A stretch of DNA of 64,000 nt from Synechococcus sp. (GTDB lineage: Bacteria > Cyanobacteriota > Cyanobacteriia > PCC-6307 > Cyanobiaceae), in NCBI GenBank assembly GCA_047285535.1, contig JBJBDC010000001.1, positions 480,136 to 544,135 on the forward strand, read 5' to 3'. The first letter of the stretch is position 1. Each line of letters opens with the position of its first letter. This document shows, one piece after another, positions 40,911 through 50,910 of the stretch. The notes below the pieces were generated by a model that saw nothing but the letters and a program-made list of their open reading frames with translations, was not told the origin of the DNA and did no database searches. A program made the position numbers and the translations under genes.

Positions 40911-43900
40911 TCACCAGGGAGAACCAAGTAATTCAATTCCAGCCCAGAAAAAGGGATTCTTCACACCTCTTTTGATGCGCTGACGTTGAGACTGATCAAG
41001 ATCTTGAAGTAAAGGCTCTCCACCATGTCCAATGACCTCATCACCTTGGAGATAAACAGATCCCAGAGCAAAGATCTGACGCGTGCGTAGTAAAGCTTCT
41101 GCCTTGGAAGCCCCTTCGGCAAGAAAGCGATAAAACTGAACAAAGAAAGCCGATGTCACGACATCATCGACGTACCAAAGTGTGCCAATTGCACTTTGGG
41201 AGCCTGCCTGTAGAGCTAAACCTGCGAATCCCAACTCACTCTCTTGATCTCCAAGCATGGTGCGACAGGCACTGAGGACCACGAGATCAAGGGGATGATT
41301 ACGACGTTGTCGACGTAGTTCCGCAAAATCGGCCATCGACATCGGTCCCTGCCCTGTGTGTAAAACAGATTTTGTTCGACCACCTGGTCGAAAATCGGCA
41401 TGGGTGGCGATGTGGACGCGGGAATAACGCGGATCACTGGCACGATCGAGCAAGGTTTGCGGTGTGAACGCGTCGTCTAGATATCGATCGGTGCTGGAGG
41501 TGTCCTGAATCTTGTTGAGCTCCTGCGGAACCAGGGGAAGAGGGGCCATTGTCTCAAATTCAGAAGCACCCATGGCAAGAAGTCCTTGGGAGCCATTCGA
41601 AGCACTGAGGTCGGTTAGCGCCAAAGAAGGAGAGAGGGCGAAACCATAACGTTCTCCGAAATATTGAGCGCCATCATTTAAAGCTGAGAATGGTACGGCT
41701 TGGAGACCCTGATCGGCTGCAATCAAAAGGGTTGTGATGTCATGTGTGTCCAAACTTGATTGAACCGGAGCAATCAGAAGATCATGCAATTGCCGAGACG
41801 GCGACATAGGGTCGTTGACCTCCAGTGATTCTTGACGGGACAACTGTCGATAGAGATCTTTCAGAAGTTCAGCAAAGCGTGCTCTTGAGATCTCAACACG
41901 CTTGGCCTGAACGACACCTTCAGGAGGAACGAAGGTGAGATCCAGAAATCCCGTTTGAGCATCGGTAAAACGCACCTGCAACACAGCTGGGACCAGGGCT
42001 TTTCTTCCTGGCTGTTGCTGTTGCACTTCACGTAGCGATTGCTGAATCTGCGACACTGATGGAGTTTCCGGAGCAATGCCATTGAGGCTTTCCTCCAGGT
42101 CAAGGGCTGCCACCGTGCGAAGGGTTGCCTGACCATCTGATTCCTGTAGTTGCAGCGCTGCCTGATCTTCTGGGAGTTTCAGCGGAACAGAAGCCCTAGA
42201 CCCCGTTGGGTTCTGAGTTTGGGGGGACACAGCAAGCATCCCACTCGTTTCACCAAAATTGACCACGACGGGAATGGAGTTGTTGGAGGATTCAACACCG
42301 ACAACCTGACCATTGGGCAGGGTAGAACTCTGATCAATAAGAGGGGCTTGGCTTTGGTTCTGCTGGATAGTTTGGAGAAGGGCTACCTCTGCCGATGGAT
42401 CGAATCCAATCAATCGCTGCGAACGATCGTCATCTTGACGGGTCACATCTGAATCCATTTCAGGGGGCGATTCTTTTGTGGGTATTGGTTCAGGTGTGGG
42501 TGTTGGTGTTGAACTACAAAGATTGGATGATCCACCTCCCGAACAAGTTGCAGAAGTAGGCGATGACGACAGCACATCGAGAGAACCCTTTTTTACAAAC
42601 GTCTCACCGGTGTAGGTAATGGTTGCAGATGGGGAGAATTGGAGGGTTCCATCACCTTCTTTGATGAAGTCGCCATTCCCAGAGATGGCAGCATCCCAGG
42701 TGAGAGTTGAGGCTGATCCCCTTACATCGATTGCTCCCCCACCAGAATTCAGCAGGAGTTCAATGTTGTTGACTGCTTCAGTGGCATCACGACGCAATGT
42801 TGCTCCATTAAGAATGATTTGTGGATTGGAGGCACCGCCTATAACTTCAGCTCCACTTGCTTGGTCGAACCAAATGATGCTATCCCCGGTCGCGATGAGA
42901 CGTTGAACGAAGAGCGTCTCTTGAAATCTTGCTGTACCTGGGCCGTTATGAAGTAAATCTCCGAACATGATGGTGCTTTGTCCATCACGAAGATTGATCG
43001 GTCGAGTGAAAAATACATCACCGGAACCTTCCAATGACAAGTCCGAATTAAACGCTGTAGAGGCTGCTAAGACCGATACAGAATTACCAGTCGTCGGATT
43101 GAGATTGAGCTCACCTTGTGTCATGTCAACAGTTGAACTGCCGTTCAGCGTCAACGTTTGCTTCAGTGAATTGTTCCCGGACCAGTTGCGTAGAACGCCA
43201 CCCTCCAACACCACAGGCTCGTCCAAAGTGATGTCGCCACTCAGCTCCAAAGTGGCTCCAGCTTTAACTGTTGTGGGAATGTTGCTTGCTCCTAAAGCGT
43301 TGGAATTGGTCACACGTAGTGCTCCTGATTCGACCGTGACCTCACCAGACCAGCCGGCATTATTCCCCGACATAATCAAACGTCCATGTCCTGATTTGGT
43401 GAGATCACCACTTCCTGATAGCGTCGATGCCAACGCCTGAGAGCCATAAGTAGGTGTTCCGATCTTGGAGTCACCAGTGGAAACATGGAGTGGGCCGTTC
43501 AGGATTAATTGGCTACCGGACGCTCCCTCTACAAAGCCGGCTCCAGCATTAAGATTCAGCCCTCCGCTACCCGTAGTGATATCAGAGCTGAGTTGGATAT
43601 ACCCTGATGCATCAAGCGTAAGCACGGTTGTTGCTGTGGAGTAATTGAGATCGGCACCCGATGCCCAAGTGATGTTGCCGCCTTGTGTGGGATCTCCATT
43701 TCCCGTAAGAACGCGAACATTATTTCCATCATCCACAAGTGATTGTTTCAACGCTTGCTCATCAACCGTTGATGCGCTGACTGTCGAAGTAAACAGCACA
43801 TTGCTATTGCTACTGCCACTTGGATCAGCAGTGATTGTTCCCGTGACGTTGCTGATCGTGATATTAAATGGATCCAATAACCACTCACCTGCCAGCCCAC

Positions 43901-44924
43901 CTACCGAGCTGACATCCACCCGCTCAGGATTGGCAATGAGCATTGCTCCAGAGGTTTCAACCCGCCCACCATCACCCCCTAGCGGCCCACCCATCGCAAG
44001 GAATGTGCCTTCTGCGACTGTGCCGCCAGACGCGTGATCCAGATCACTCCAGATCACAATTGTGCCGCCATTCCCTTGTCCGGTCGAGGAGGCATTCACC
44101 AAGGAACCAGGCTGCATCCACGTTTGCAAGGCCTGACGCACCGTTTGGTCACTGTTTTGCCAGCTTCCGCCAATGAGGACCTCCCCACCATTCTCCCGAC
44201 CCGTGGCCAACAGCCGGGTCTCGGCACCTACCTTGATCAGATCCGCAGACAGTGCAATCGAACCTCCATCACCGAAGTCATTGCTTGCGGATAACTGACT
44301 GGCTTTGATGTCGATGCGCCCTTCCGGTGCATCGATCAGTAAACTCTCCTCCACATCAAGATCAATACCCTCCATACGAATCCAGGGTCGATCGTCTCCA
44401 TTTCGAGAGCCATGGAGTCCAAGACTTCCAGAGAGTGGATCACTATCCAAGGAAGAAAGGCCAGCCTGATGTGTCTTGAATACATCGAAAACCCCACCGG
44501 GGAAATGAAGTTCACTAGCCGTGCTTAAGGTCAGTTGAGGAATTTGCAGAAACCTGGCACCGGGCATCATCTGAATGCCACCCGGTGAAAGCACAAATAA
44601 ATGGGACGGTGCAGTGAGTGAAATTGCTTTGTCAATGAAACTGCCCTCAGCAGCGGTGACACCCAACACAAGATTCTGAATGCCATCGCTCTGAATCTCT
44701 ACACCACGAATAGCTCCGCGGGTGTCGAAGTGACTCAGCCGGTGAAAGCGATTACGTCCTGAATCAATTCCGCCATCAAGATGGCATACCCCGGTCTTGC
44801 AACTCCCCCCCATGACCCCATTAACTCGGGTCTGAAGCCCTGGCCCTGCCTTCACCTCAGCACGAACATTGCCGGCCTGGATCGACGCCAACAACAAAAG
44901 CAATGGCAGTCGTAGCCTTTTCAT
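40911..44924 (-). CDS. TpsA-like filamentous haemagglutinin protein with C-terminal CHAT (caspase-like) protease
   Basis: Signal peptide, TPS-like domain (NRFHRLSHF, LFVLSPGGI), Gly-rich beta-helix repeats, GEWLLDP, passenger-type repeats (LTKSGHGRL, FIKEGDGTL), TPTPTPEP linker, CHAT motifs HIATHA, VVLSAC, GTLWYVDD, NPFFWAG. Confidence 0.9.
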   Translation of the reverse strand: MKRLRLPLLLLLASIQAGNVRAEVKAGPGLQTRVNGVMGGSCKTGVCHLDGGIDSGRNRFHRLSHFDTRGAIRGVEIQSDGIQNLVLGVTAAEGSFIDKAISLTAPSHLFVLSPGGIQMMPGARFLQIPQLTLSTASELHFPGGVFDVFKTHQAGLSSLDSDPLSGSLGLHGSRNGDDRPWIRMEGIDLDVEESLLIDAPEGRIDIKASQLSASNDFGDGGSIALSADLIKVGAETRLLATGRENGGEVLIGGSWQNSDQTVRQALQTWMQPGSLVNASSTGQGNGGTIVIWSDLDHASGGTVAEGTFLAMGGPLGGDGGRVETSGAMLIANPERVDVSSVGGLAGEWLLDPFNITISNVTGTITADPSGSSNSNVLFTSTVSASTVDEQALKQSLVDDGNNVRVLTGNGDPTQGGNITWASGADLNYSTATTVLTLDASGYIQLSSDITTGSGGLNLNAGAGFVEGASGSQLILNGPLHVSTGDSKIGTPTYGSQALASTLSGSGDLTKSGHGRLIMSGNNAGWSGEVTVESGALRVTNSNALGASNIPTTVKAGATLELSGDITLDEPVVLEGGVLRNWSGNNSLKQTLTLNGSSTVDMTQGELNLNPTTGNSVSVLAASTAFNSDLSLEGSGDVFFTRPINLRDGQSTIMFGDLLHNGPGTARFQETLFVQRLIATGDSIIWFDQASGAEVIGGASNPQIILNGATLRRDATEAVNNIELLLNSGGGAIDVRGSASTLTWDAAISGNGDFIKEGDGTLQFSPSATITYTGETFVKKGSLDVLSSSPTSATCSGGGSSNLCSSTPTPTPEPIPTKESPPEMDSDVTRQDDDRSQRLIGFDPSAEVALLQTIQQNQSQAPLIDQSSTLPNGQVVGVESSNNSIPVVVNFGETSGMLAVSPQTQNPTGSRASVPLKLPEDQAALQLQESDGQATLRTVAALDLEESLNGIAPETPSVSQIQQSLREVQQQQPGRKALVPAVLQVRFTDAQTGFLDLTFVPPEGVVQAKRVEISRARFAELLKDLYRQLSRQESLEVNDPMSPSRQLHDLLIAPVQSSLDTHDITTLLIAADQGLQAVPFSALNDGAQYFGERYGFALSPSLALTDLSASNGSQGLLAMGASEFETMAPLPLVPQELNKIQDTSSTDRYLDDAFTPQTLLDRASDPRYSRVHIATHADFRPGGRTKSVLHTGQGPMSMADFAELRRQRRNHPLDLVVLSACRTMLGDQESELGFAGLALQAGSQSAIGTLWYVDDVVTSAFFVQFYRFLAEGASKAEALLRTRQIFALGSVYLQGDEVIGHGGEPLLQDLDQSQRQRIKRGVKNPFFWAGIELLGSPW

Positions 44925-45035
44925 TAAGGCACCAAATCAAACATAGGAGATGCATTTCAAATAAACAGCACTTAACCCTAGGCATGCTTCTCCAGACTTA
45001 CTAATCTTCGCGTGCATTAATCGTTCCACGCCTTC

Positions 45036-46712
45036 ATGCTGCTGCTTTTGGCGCAGTTGGTTGCTCCGCCACTGCAGCCCGGTCCCGTTCGTATCCCGGA
45101 ACCAGTTCCAAAAGAGCAGTTTCCGTCTCCTCCTGTTGACCAGGTTCCTCTTGATCCAGAATCACTTCAGTTGCCTCTCAAAGCCCAGCCTTCAAAACAA
45201 AAGGGGGGACCGACAGCTCCTTGGCGACCAACGATCGAAGGATCCGCTCCCTACAGCTCCGATGAACTTTCAGATATTCTCAGCATCTGTTCTAAGAGCA
45301 GTTCAGCCCTCCGTCTGCAGAGCTGCGCTGAAGCGATCACAGCACGTTTACAACTTGACGGCTACGTCAACTCACGGGTTTTTGTGGAGGAGGAACCGTC
45401 CCCTGGTCGTCTTGTGGTGGTGACGGGTCGATTGGTTGAACTCCAGGTCGAGGCGAGCACTCCTTCTCTAGAACAACGTGTTCGAGCAGCTCTGTCCAAC
45501 CTTATTCAGGAGCCATTACAACTTCCAGTACTGCAATCACGACTTCGCCAACTCAAACAGCAGAATGTGGTAGGCAGCATTTCCGGAACTCTGGGGAAGT
45601 TGGGAAGCGATCCCACTCAAGGTGTGCTTCGTATCACTGTCACCGCACCGATGCATCCATGGCGGGGCGATCTCAGTTTGCGTAATGATGGCAATGCTGG
45701 GAGTGGTGAATGGCGAGCCATAACGATTTTGCAAAAACAGAATATTTTTACCGATGGTGATCTGTTGCAACTTTATGGAGAAGGGAATGTGGATAGTGAC
45801 CCTGAATTTGGTGCAGCTATTGGCTCGCTCAGCTATACCTTTCCTCTTGCCAGCAATGTCAACTTCACTGGTTCGTTTGGAGCCAGTCGCCGCAATTTTG
45901 TAGAAGTCAGTGGACTGGCCCATGGCTTGAGCTTTCGTCAATACCAAGGGCTAGGCCAACTTCAATGGACCTTTGCAGAAAATGTTCACCACTCTTGCTA
46001 CGCCTTTGCGGGACTCAGCTCGAATCACAAAAATAGCTATCTCAATGATCAATCCTTTCCTCTGATCATTGGTGGCGGTCTTGATGGTGATCTCACAACC
46101 GGCTATCTACGCTTCGGGCTCGGTAATGCAGGACGATATGGCTCTTGGTCGTGGTCTGGACAGGTTTATGGTCTCCAGGGCCTTGCCGGTTTCAGCACAT
46201 CCGATGAGTTAAGCAATTTGGCCTTTTTTGGTGTGAATCCAGGCGAGTCAAGGGCTCTCGGCGGAATCATGACAAATGGATGGTCCCTAAGCAGAACCCT
46301 TCAACTCTCCTTGAGGGTTGCTGGACAGATTTCCTTCAATGAACTCACTAATGATATGGGTTTTTCCCTGGGCAGTGATACAGGACTCCGTGGTTTACCG
46401 GGGTCGTTGATCAGCGGAGACGATGGCTGGCTCGCAAATACTGAATTCAGCTGGACCTTTTGGCAAAAGGATCAGAACGCCTTGCAATTAGTGCCTTTTT
46501 TGGGCATCGGAGGCATCTCTACTCGAAGGGACGACATCACCATTTCGGACACGATCGGTTCAGGAGGAATGTTGCTCCGATGGCTCAATGGACAACATTG
46601 GAATGTTGAGCTCGGCTGGATAGACCAGTTCAATGCAGAAAACAACATTGGCGTATGGAACGACTGGATTCTCGGCAGCGGGCTTTATGGGAAGGTGAGT
46701 TTTCGTTTCTAA
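45036..46712 (+). CDS. ShlB/FhaC/HecB (TpsB) outer-membrane transporter
   Basis: POTRA-like GYVNSRVFV, barrel motif GLRGLP...SGDDG, terminal Phe (VSFRF); divergent from the TpsA gene. Confidence 0.88.
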   Translation: MLLLLAQLVAPPLQPGPVRIPEPVPKEQFPSPPVDQVPLDPESLQLPLKAQPSKQKGGPTAPWRPTIEGSAPYSSDELSDILSICSKSSSALRLQSCAEAITARLQLDGYVNSRVFVEEEPSPGRLVVVTGRLVELQVEASTPSLEQRVRAALSNLIQEPLQLPVLQSRLRQLKQQNVVGSISGTLGKLGSDPTQGVLRITVTAPMHPWRGDLSLRNDGNAGSGEWRAITILQKQNIFTDGDLLQLYGEGNVDSDPEFGAAIGSLSYTFPLASNVNFTGSFGASRRNFVEVSGLAHGLSFRQYQGLGQLQWTFAENVHHSCYAFAGLSSNHKNSYLNDQSFPLIIGGGLDGDLTTGYLRFGLGNAGRYGSWSWSGQVYGLQGLAGFSTSDELSNLAFFGVNPGESRALGGIMTNGWSLSRTLQLSLRVAGQISFNELTNDMGFSLGSDTGLRGLPGSLISGDDGWLANTEFSWTFWQKDQNALQLVPFLGIGGISTRRDDITISDTIGSGGMLLRWLNGQHWNVELGWIDQFNAENNIGVWNDWILGSGLYGKVSFRF

Positions 46713-46735
46713 CCTCTGTTTCGCAAGAAGATTGT

Positions 46736-47428
46736 TTAGTCGAGCAGTCCACGCTTCTGGAGCGGCTGTAGATCCACAATGCGCAAACCACCATTTTCTT
46801 CGACAATGACCTTTCTCTGGCGAAGCTTGCTAAGGGTGCGGGACGCCGTTTCCCGTGCAAGACCAGCCAGTAATGCGAGCTCTCTCTGAGCAAGGGAGGG
46901 AATCAAAGCCTGAGGGTCACTTGCTGGACCGGAACTTTTCTTGGCGAGATAGGCCAAAGCATCCAGAAGACGGGATGTGGCATCACCACTCTGAAGAGCG
47001 AATCTTCGATTGAGATCACGTAAACGCTCAGCCTCTAAGCGAGCAAGCCTTAGTGCAAATCCAGCTTGTTTATTTAGAAGCGCAGCAAAGGGTGCCACCC
47101 GAAGCTTGACCAATTTCAATGATGTCAGCGCGACCACATCAGCTGAACGTGCCGAGCCATCGAGGGCTGCCATCTCTCCAAAAAGATCCCCCTCTCCGAG
47201 CAACGACATCACGATCTCTTCACCATCAGCGGTGTAGGTACGCACCTTAGCCAGGCCGGACCGCAATAAAAACAAAGATTCGCCCCAGTCCTGTTCCATC
47301 ACAATCACCTGATCGGGATGATGACCAGTTTCACGATGCCGATCAAGAATCTGATCCAGCTGATCATTCGTAAGGTCCTCGAATAAGGTCATGGACTGAA
47401 GTTCATCGCGCATTGCAGGAGATGTCAT
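46736..47428 (-). CDS. crp: Crp/Fnr family regulator, cAMP receptor protein type
   Basis: Intact phosphate-binding cassette FGEMAALDGSARSADV; HTH QRELALLAGLARETASRTL with the RExxxR recognition helix. Confidence 0.85.
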   Translation of the reverse strand: MTSPAMRDELQSMTLFEDLTNDQLDQILDRHRETGHHPDQVIVMEQDWGESLFLLRSGLAKVRTYTADGEEIVMSLLGEGDLFGEMAALDGSARSADVVALTSLKLVKLRVAPFAALLNKQAGFALRLARLEAERLRDLNRRFALQSGDATSRLLDALAYLAKKSSGPASDPQALIPSLAQRELALLAGLARETASRTLSKLRQRKVIVEENGGLRIVDLQPLQKRGLLD

Positions 47429-48288
47429 AAATTAAACAAAACAAGATGCCCCATTCAGATCAACTTGTTGAGGGGTTGCAACATTTAATCCAAAAGGAGA
47501 GAAGAACGCAAACACCCTTCACCCTTTGATCGTTCTTGCACAATCGATTCCCTTACCCCAGTCAAGCTAACAGACATGATCAAAGCCCCTTCTAATCCAT
47601 GATTGGATGAATCATCGTTCAAATAACATCACCACTCCAAATAGCCTTTCTTTTAACGCATCCTTCATTTCGCCCTTGCATTCGTTCAGGACAGAAAAGG
47701 TTCTGACGCCAGAGCCATTGAAAATTGAACCAGACAGCGTTATCTTGAAAATTGGATAATACGAGTTATTGTAAGTTGTGAGATGCGAACACGAATTAGA
47801 ATCTTATCTGTACGACCTATAATGCTAATCATGATGGTATTTGTGAAAACTTTATCTGGATCTTCTGCATGGAAAAAAATAAGTTCAAAATTAGATCTGA
47901 AAAGATAGCCTCAACACCGTGATCCGCTCACTATGAATCCTCATTGTCGATCCTTTAGGGATCTGTAAGTAGCGACGAGGGGATCGCCTCCCCCGATCTA
48001 TGCTTCTTTCGTTTGCAATCTCTGTTATCGCTGAAGAGCTATGTGATTTATTGCCAGTCCATTTAATTATTCCTAGTTCTTATTTATTGGTCTTTGCTGT
48101 TTTGAGGCGAAAGTATCAAGTACTAGTTCTAAAGTTTCATAGTTGTACGAAATCTTTCTGCTCAACCGCGCAGAGGTGCAAATTTCAATTCTCTTAAAGC
48201 TGGGAATCAAGATGATTGGTTCCTGGGAGATGCGTATCAACCGAAGAAATGGCAATCTGCTGAAACTGTTCCTTATCGCGATCAGACC

Positions 48289-49032
48289 ATGCAGCGTCCA
48301 TGGCATTCTGTGTTGATTGATGATTGCGGTGAGTCCTTGCGCCCTCTGCAATCGTTTGTGACTTGCATGGAGCCACATCCCTATCTGTATTTGGGAGCGC
48401 CCTACGGGGAGGGCGCTAATCCATTTTGTCTTCGCCAAGGCGTGAGAAGCCGCTTGCTTGCTGCTCAGCTTCATCTCAATGCTTTAACGACCAGGCACGG
48501 ATGTCAGCCACTTCGTTTGGCTATTTTTGATGCTTGGCGTCCATTGCCAGTTCAGGCCTTCATGGTGGATTACGCCATTGAGCAGGAGTGTTTACGTCAG
48601 GGCATTAACCCTGATGCTTCTGATCAAAGGGATTGTCTTGAGAGAGTTCGTGCCGAGGTGTCCTGTTTTTGGGCTCCACCTTGTTCTGACTTGGACACCC
48701 CGCCGCCACATAGCACGGGTGCAGCTGTTGACCTCACGCTCATGGATGCGAAAGGGTGTCGATTGGAGATGGGTGGTGAGATCGATGCCATTGGACCTGA
48801 ATCTCTTCCAAATCATCATGCTGATGCAGGATCAGAGAATCCTGGTGGGAAGGCCGCTTTATTTCACAGCAGGCGTTGCTTGCTGCATCGTGTGATGAGG
48901 CAAGCTGGATTTATTCGTCATCCCAATGAATGGTGGCACTTTAGCTTCGGTGACCAGCTTTGGGCGTGGACTGTTAATGCAGACCATGCCATTTATGGGC
49001 GTGACCAACGTTTATTTAGCTTGAAACCTTAA
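48289..49032 (+). CDS. ddpX: D-Ala-D-Ala dipeptidase (M15D, VanX/DdpX family)
   Basis: IFDAWRP, PPHSTGAAVDLTL, EWWHFS. Confidence 0.88.
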   Translation: MQRPWHSVLIDDCGESLRPLQSFVTCMEPHPYLYLGAPYGEGANPFCLRQGVRSRLLAAQLHLNALTTRHGCQPLRLAIFDAWRPLPVQAFMVDYAIEQECLRQGINPDASDQRDCLERVRAEVSCFWAPPCSDLDTPPPHSTGAAVDLTLMDAKGCRLEMGGEIDAIGPESLPNHHADAGSENPGGKAALFHSRRCLLHRVMRQAGFIRHPNEWWHFSFGDQLWAWTVNADHAIYGRDQRLFSLKP

Positions 49033-50890
49033 GCATCCCTTGAACTGTTTCATCACCAAGTCGGGTGATGTGCTCACCGAAGCCGCGACGGCCGCCAGCC
49101 TCTTTCCAGCTGCGGAGCAATGGCTCGATCGTGGTTTCAAGATCTTCGAGGGGCATCTTTTGTAGGAATGGTCTGGCCAGTCGCTGAAGATTCGCACTGC
49201 CGCCCAACCAAAGCTGATATTGGTTTACTCCACTACCAACGAGCGCTAGTTCTGCCATGTACGGGCGAGCACAACCATTTGGACATCCGGTCATACGGAT
49301 CAGGATTGGTTTGTTGATCTCTAAGTTATGCAGCTGCAAATCCAGTCGTTCCAGAATATTGGGCAGAACTCGTTCTGACTCGGTAATGGCAAGTCCGCAG
49401 GTTGGTAAAGCTGGACAGGCAATGGCATGGCGTGCAAGGGGTGCTACTTCGGCAGGAAGTTTAAATCCCAATTCCGCAAGATCGTTTTTTATAGAAGTCT
49501 TTTGGTTGGTTCCAATGTTACACAAAAGCAAATCTTGGTTGGGTGTAAGGCGAACTTCTAATTGATATCTTTCAATGATTTCTCGCAGGCCTTTTTTTGT
49601 GTTTCCTTCTAATCGACCACACACAAATGGTAGTCCAACAAACCACATTCCCGCCTTTTGTCGGTGCCATCCCAAGTAATCCATTAATTTTGCTGGTGCT
49701 TCATTGCGCAAACTTTGAAGTTTCCCTTTGAAATAGTCCTTGGACAAAGTCTGGCGGAACCAGGAGATTCCACGTTTATGAAGTAAGTATTTCATGCGAG
49801 CATGCTTCCTGATTTCGCGGTCTCCATGGTCTCTTTGCAAGGCCATGATTGACTGCAGGAGGTCTAGAATGTCATCACCTTGGATGTAACCTAAGGGGTC
49901 TGCTAAGCGCGCAAAAGTATCATCTTGATTGTGTGTTCTCCCCATTCCTCCTCCAACATAAACGTTGCAGCCACGAATGGAACCATTTTTATTGGTAAAC
50001 AATACTAGGCCGATATCTTGAGTGAGAAGATCGACCGAATTGTCTCCAGGTACGGTTACTGCAACTTTAAATTTTCTGGGAAGGTACGTGTCACCGTAAA
50101 TAGGTTCATCATGGCTTCCTGAGAAAACACCATCATCAAGCTGTCGACTACGGGCTAGCTTGACTGGTTTTGAGGGCTTGAATCGATAACTAAGGTCACC
50201 ATTGACCCACATGTCTAAGTAGGAACCTTCTGCTGCTTTTGGACTGAGTAAATCCGCTATGTCATCAGCGAGTTTTCTGGCAGCGGGATATCCATGATTT
50301 TCGAATGGTGCTGCCGGAGCCATAACATTTCTATTGATATCACCGCAAGCCGCTAAAGTTGATCCCAGATTTTCGATGATGGAGCTAATTACGGTTTTTA
50401 GGTCAGCCTTCGGAATGCCATGCATCTGAAATGCTTGCCGAGTTGTTATGCGTAATGTTCCGTTCCCATATTGATCAGAGAGATCATCAAGAGCTGAAAA
50501 TAGTTGTGCTGGTACTCGACCTCCTGGATTCCTAAGGCGTAGCATCATTTGCCAGCATTTTACTTTGTCGATTTTTCTTAATTCCCGATGATTTTGTTGA
50601 TAGCTCCCATGAAACTTCAGTAATTGAACCGCGTCCTCACTGAATCGGATCTCTTCATTGCCTAGTTCAGTCTGTAATGGTTCTCGTAGATGTCCGCTAT
50701 AAAGCTTTCTCTTCTCAGCCTTAGATAACGCGGTATCAATCGATTCAGTAGGTGTTGTAGGCCCATCCAGCCCCTGAACGTGGCCTGCCTCTTTCGTTCC
50801 TGAGGTGGTCGTCAAACCTTTGTTCACGGATTCAAAGGATAGGTCTTTTGAAACTAGCGAAGCGGCTTCCAATACAGTCAATACAGTCAA
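49016..50890 (-). CDS. sir: Ferredoxin-sulfite reductase
   Basis: LKFHGSYQQ, TLAACGDINRNV, YLPRKFK, ACPALPTCG, MTGCPNGCARP. Exact start uncertain. Confidence 0.93.
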   Translation of the reverse strand: MTVLTVLEAASLVSKDLSFESVNKGLTTTSGTKEAGHVQGLDGPTTPTESIDTALSKAEKRKLYSGHLREPLQTELGNEEIRFSEDAVQLLKFHGSYQQNHRELRKIDKVKCWQMMLRLRNPGGRVPAQLFSALDDLSDQYGNGTLRITTRQAFQMHGIPKADLKTVISSIIENLGSTLAACGDINRNVMAPAAPFENHGYPAARKLADDIADLLSPKAAEGSYLDMWVNGDLSYRFKPSKPVKLARSRQLDDGVFSGSHDEPIYGDTYLPRKFKVAVTVPGDNSVDLLTQDIGLVLFTNKNGSIRGCNVYVGGGMGRTHNQDDTFARLADPLGYIQGDDILDLLQSIMALQRDHGDREIRKHARMKYLLHKRGISWFRQTLSKDYFKGKLQSLRNEAPAKLMDYLGWHRQKAGMWFVGLPFVCGRLEGNTKKGLREIIERYQLEVRLTPNQDLLLCNIGTNQKTSIKNDLAELGFKLPAEVAPLARHAIACPALPTCGLAITESERVLPNILERLDLQLHNLEINKPILIRMTGCPNGCARPYMAELALVGSGVNQYQLWLGGSANLQRLARPFLQKMPLEDLETTIEPLLRSWKEAGGRRGFGEHITRLGDETVQGMLKVSS

Positions 50891-50910
50891 GACCTACATA
50901 GTTAATCGGC

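Noticed and set aside
47778..47933. CRP autoregulatory sites upstream of crp (TGTGAgatgcgaACACG; CGTGAtccgcTCACT)
   Set aside because: Spacers are 7 and 5 bp rather than 6
50871..50890. AATACAGTC tandem repeat at the sir start
   Set aside because: Only two copies; no evidence of function
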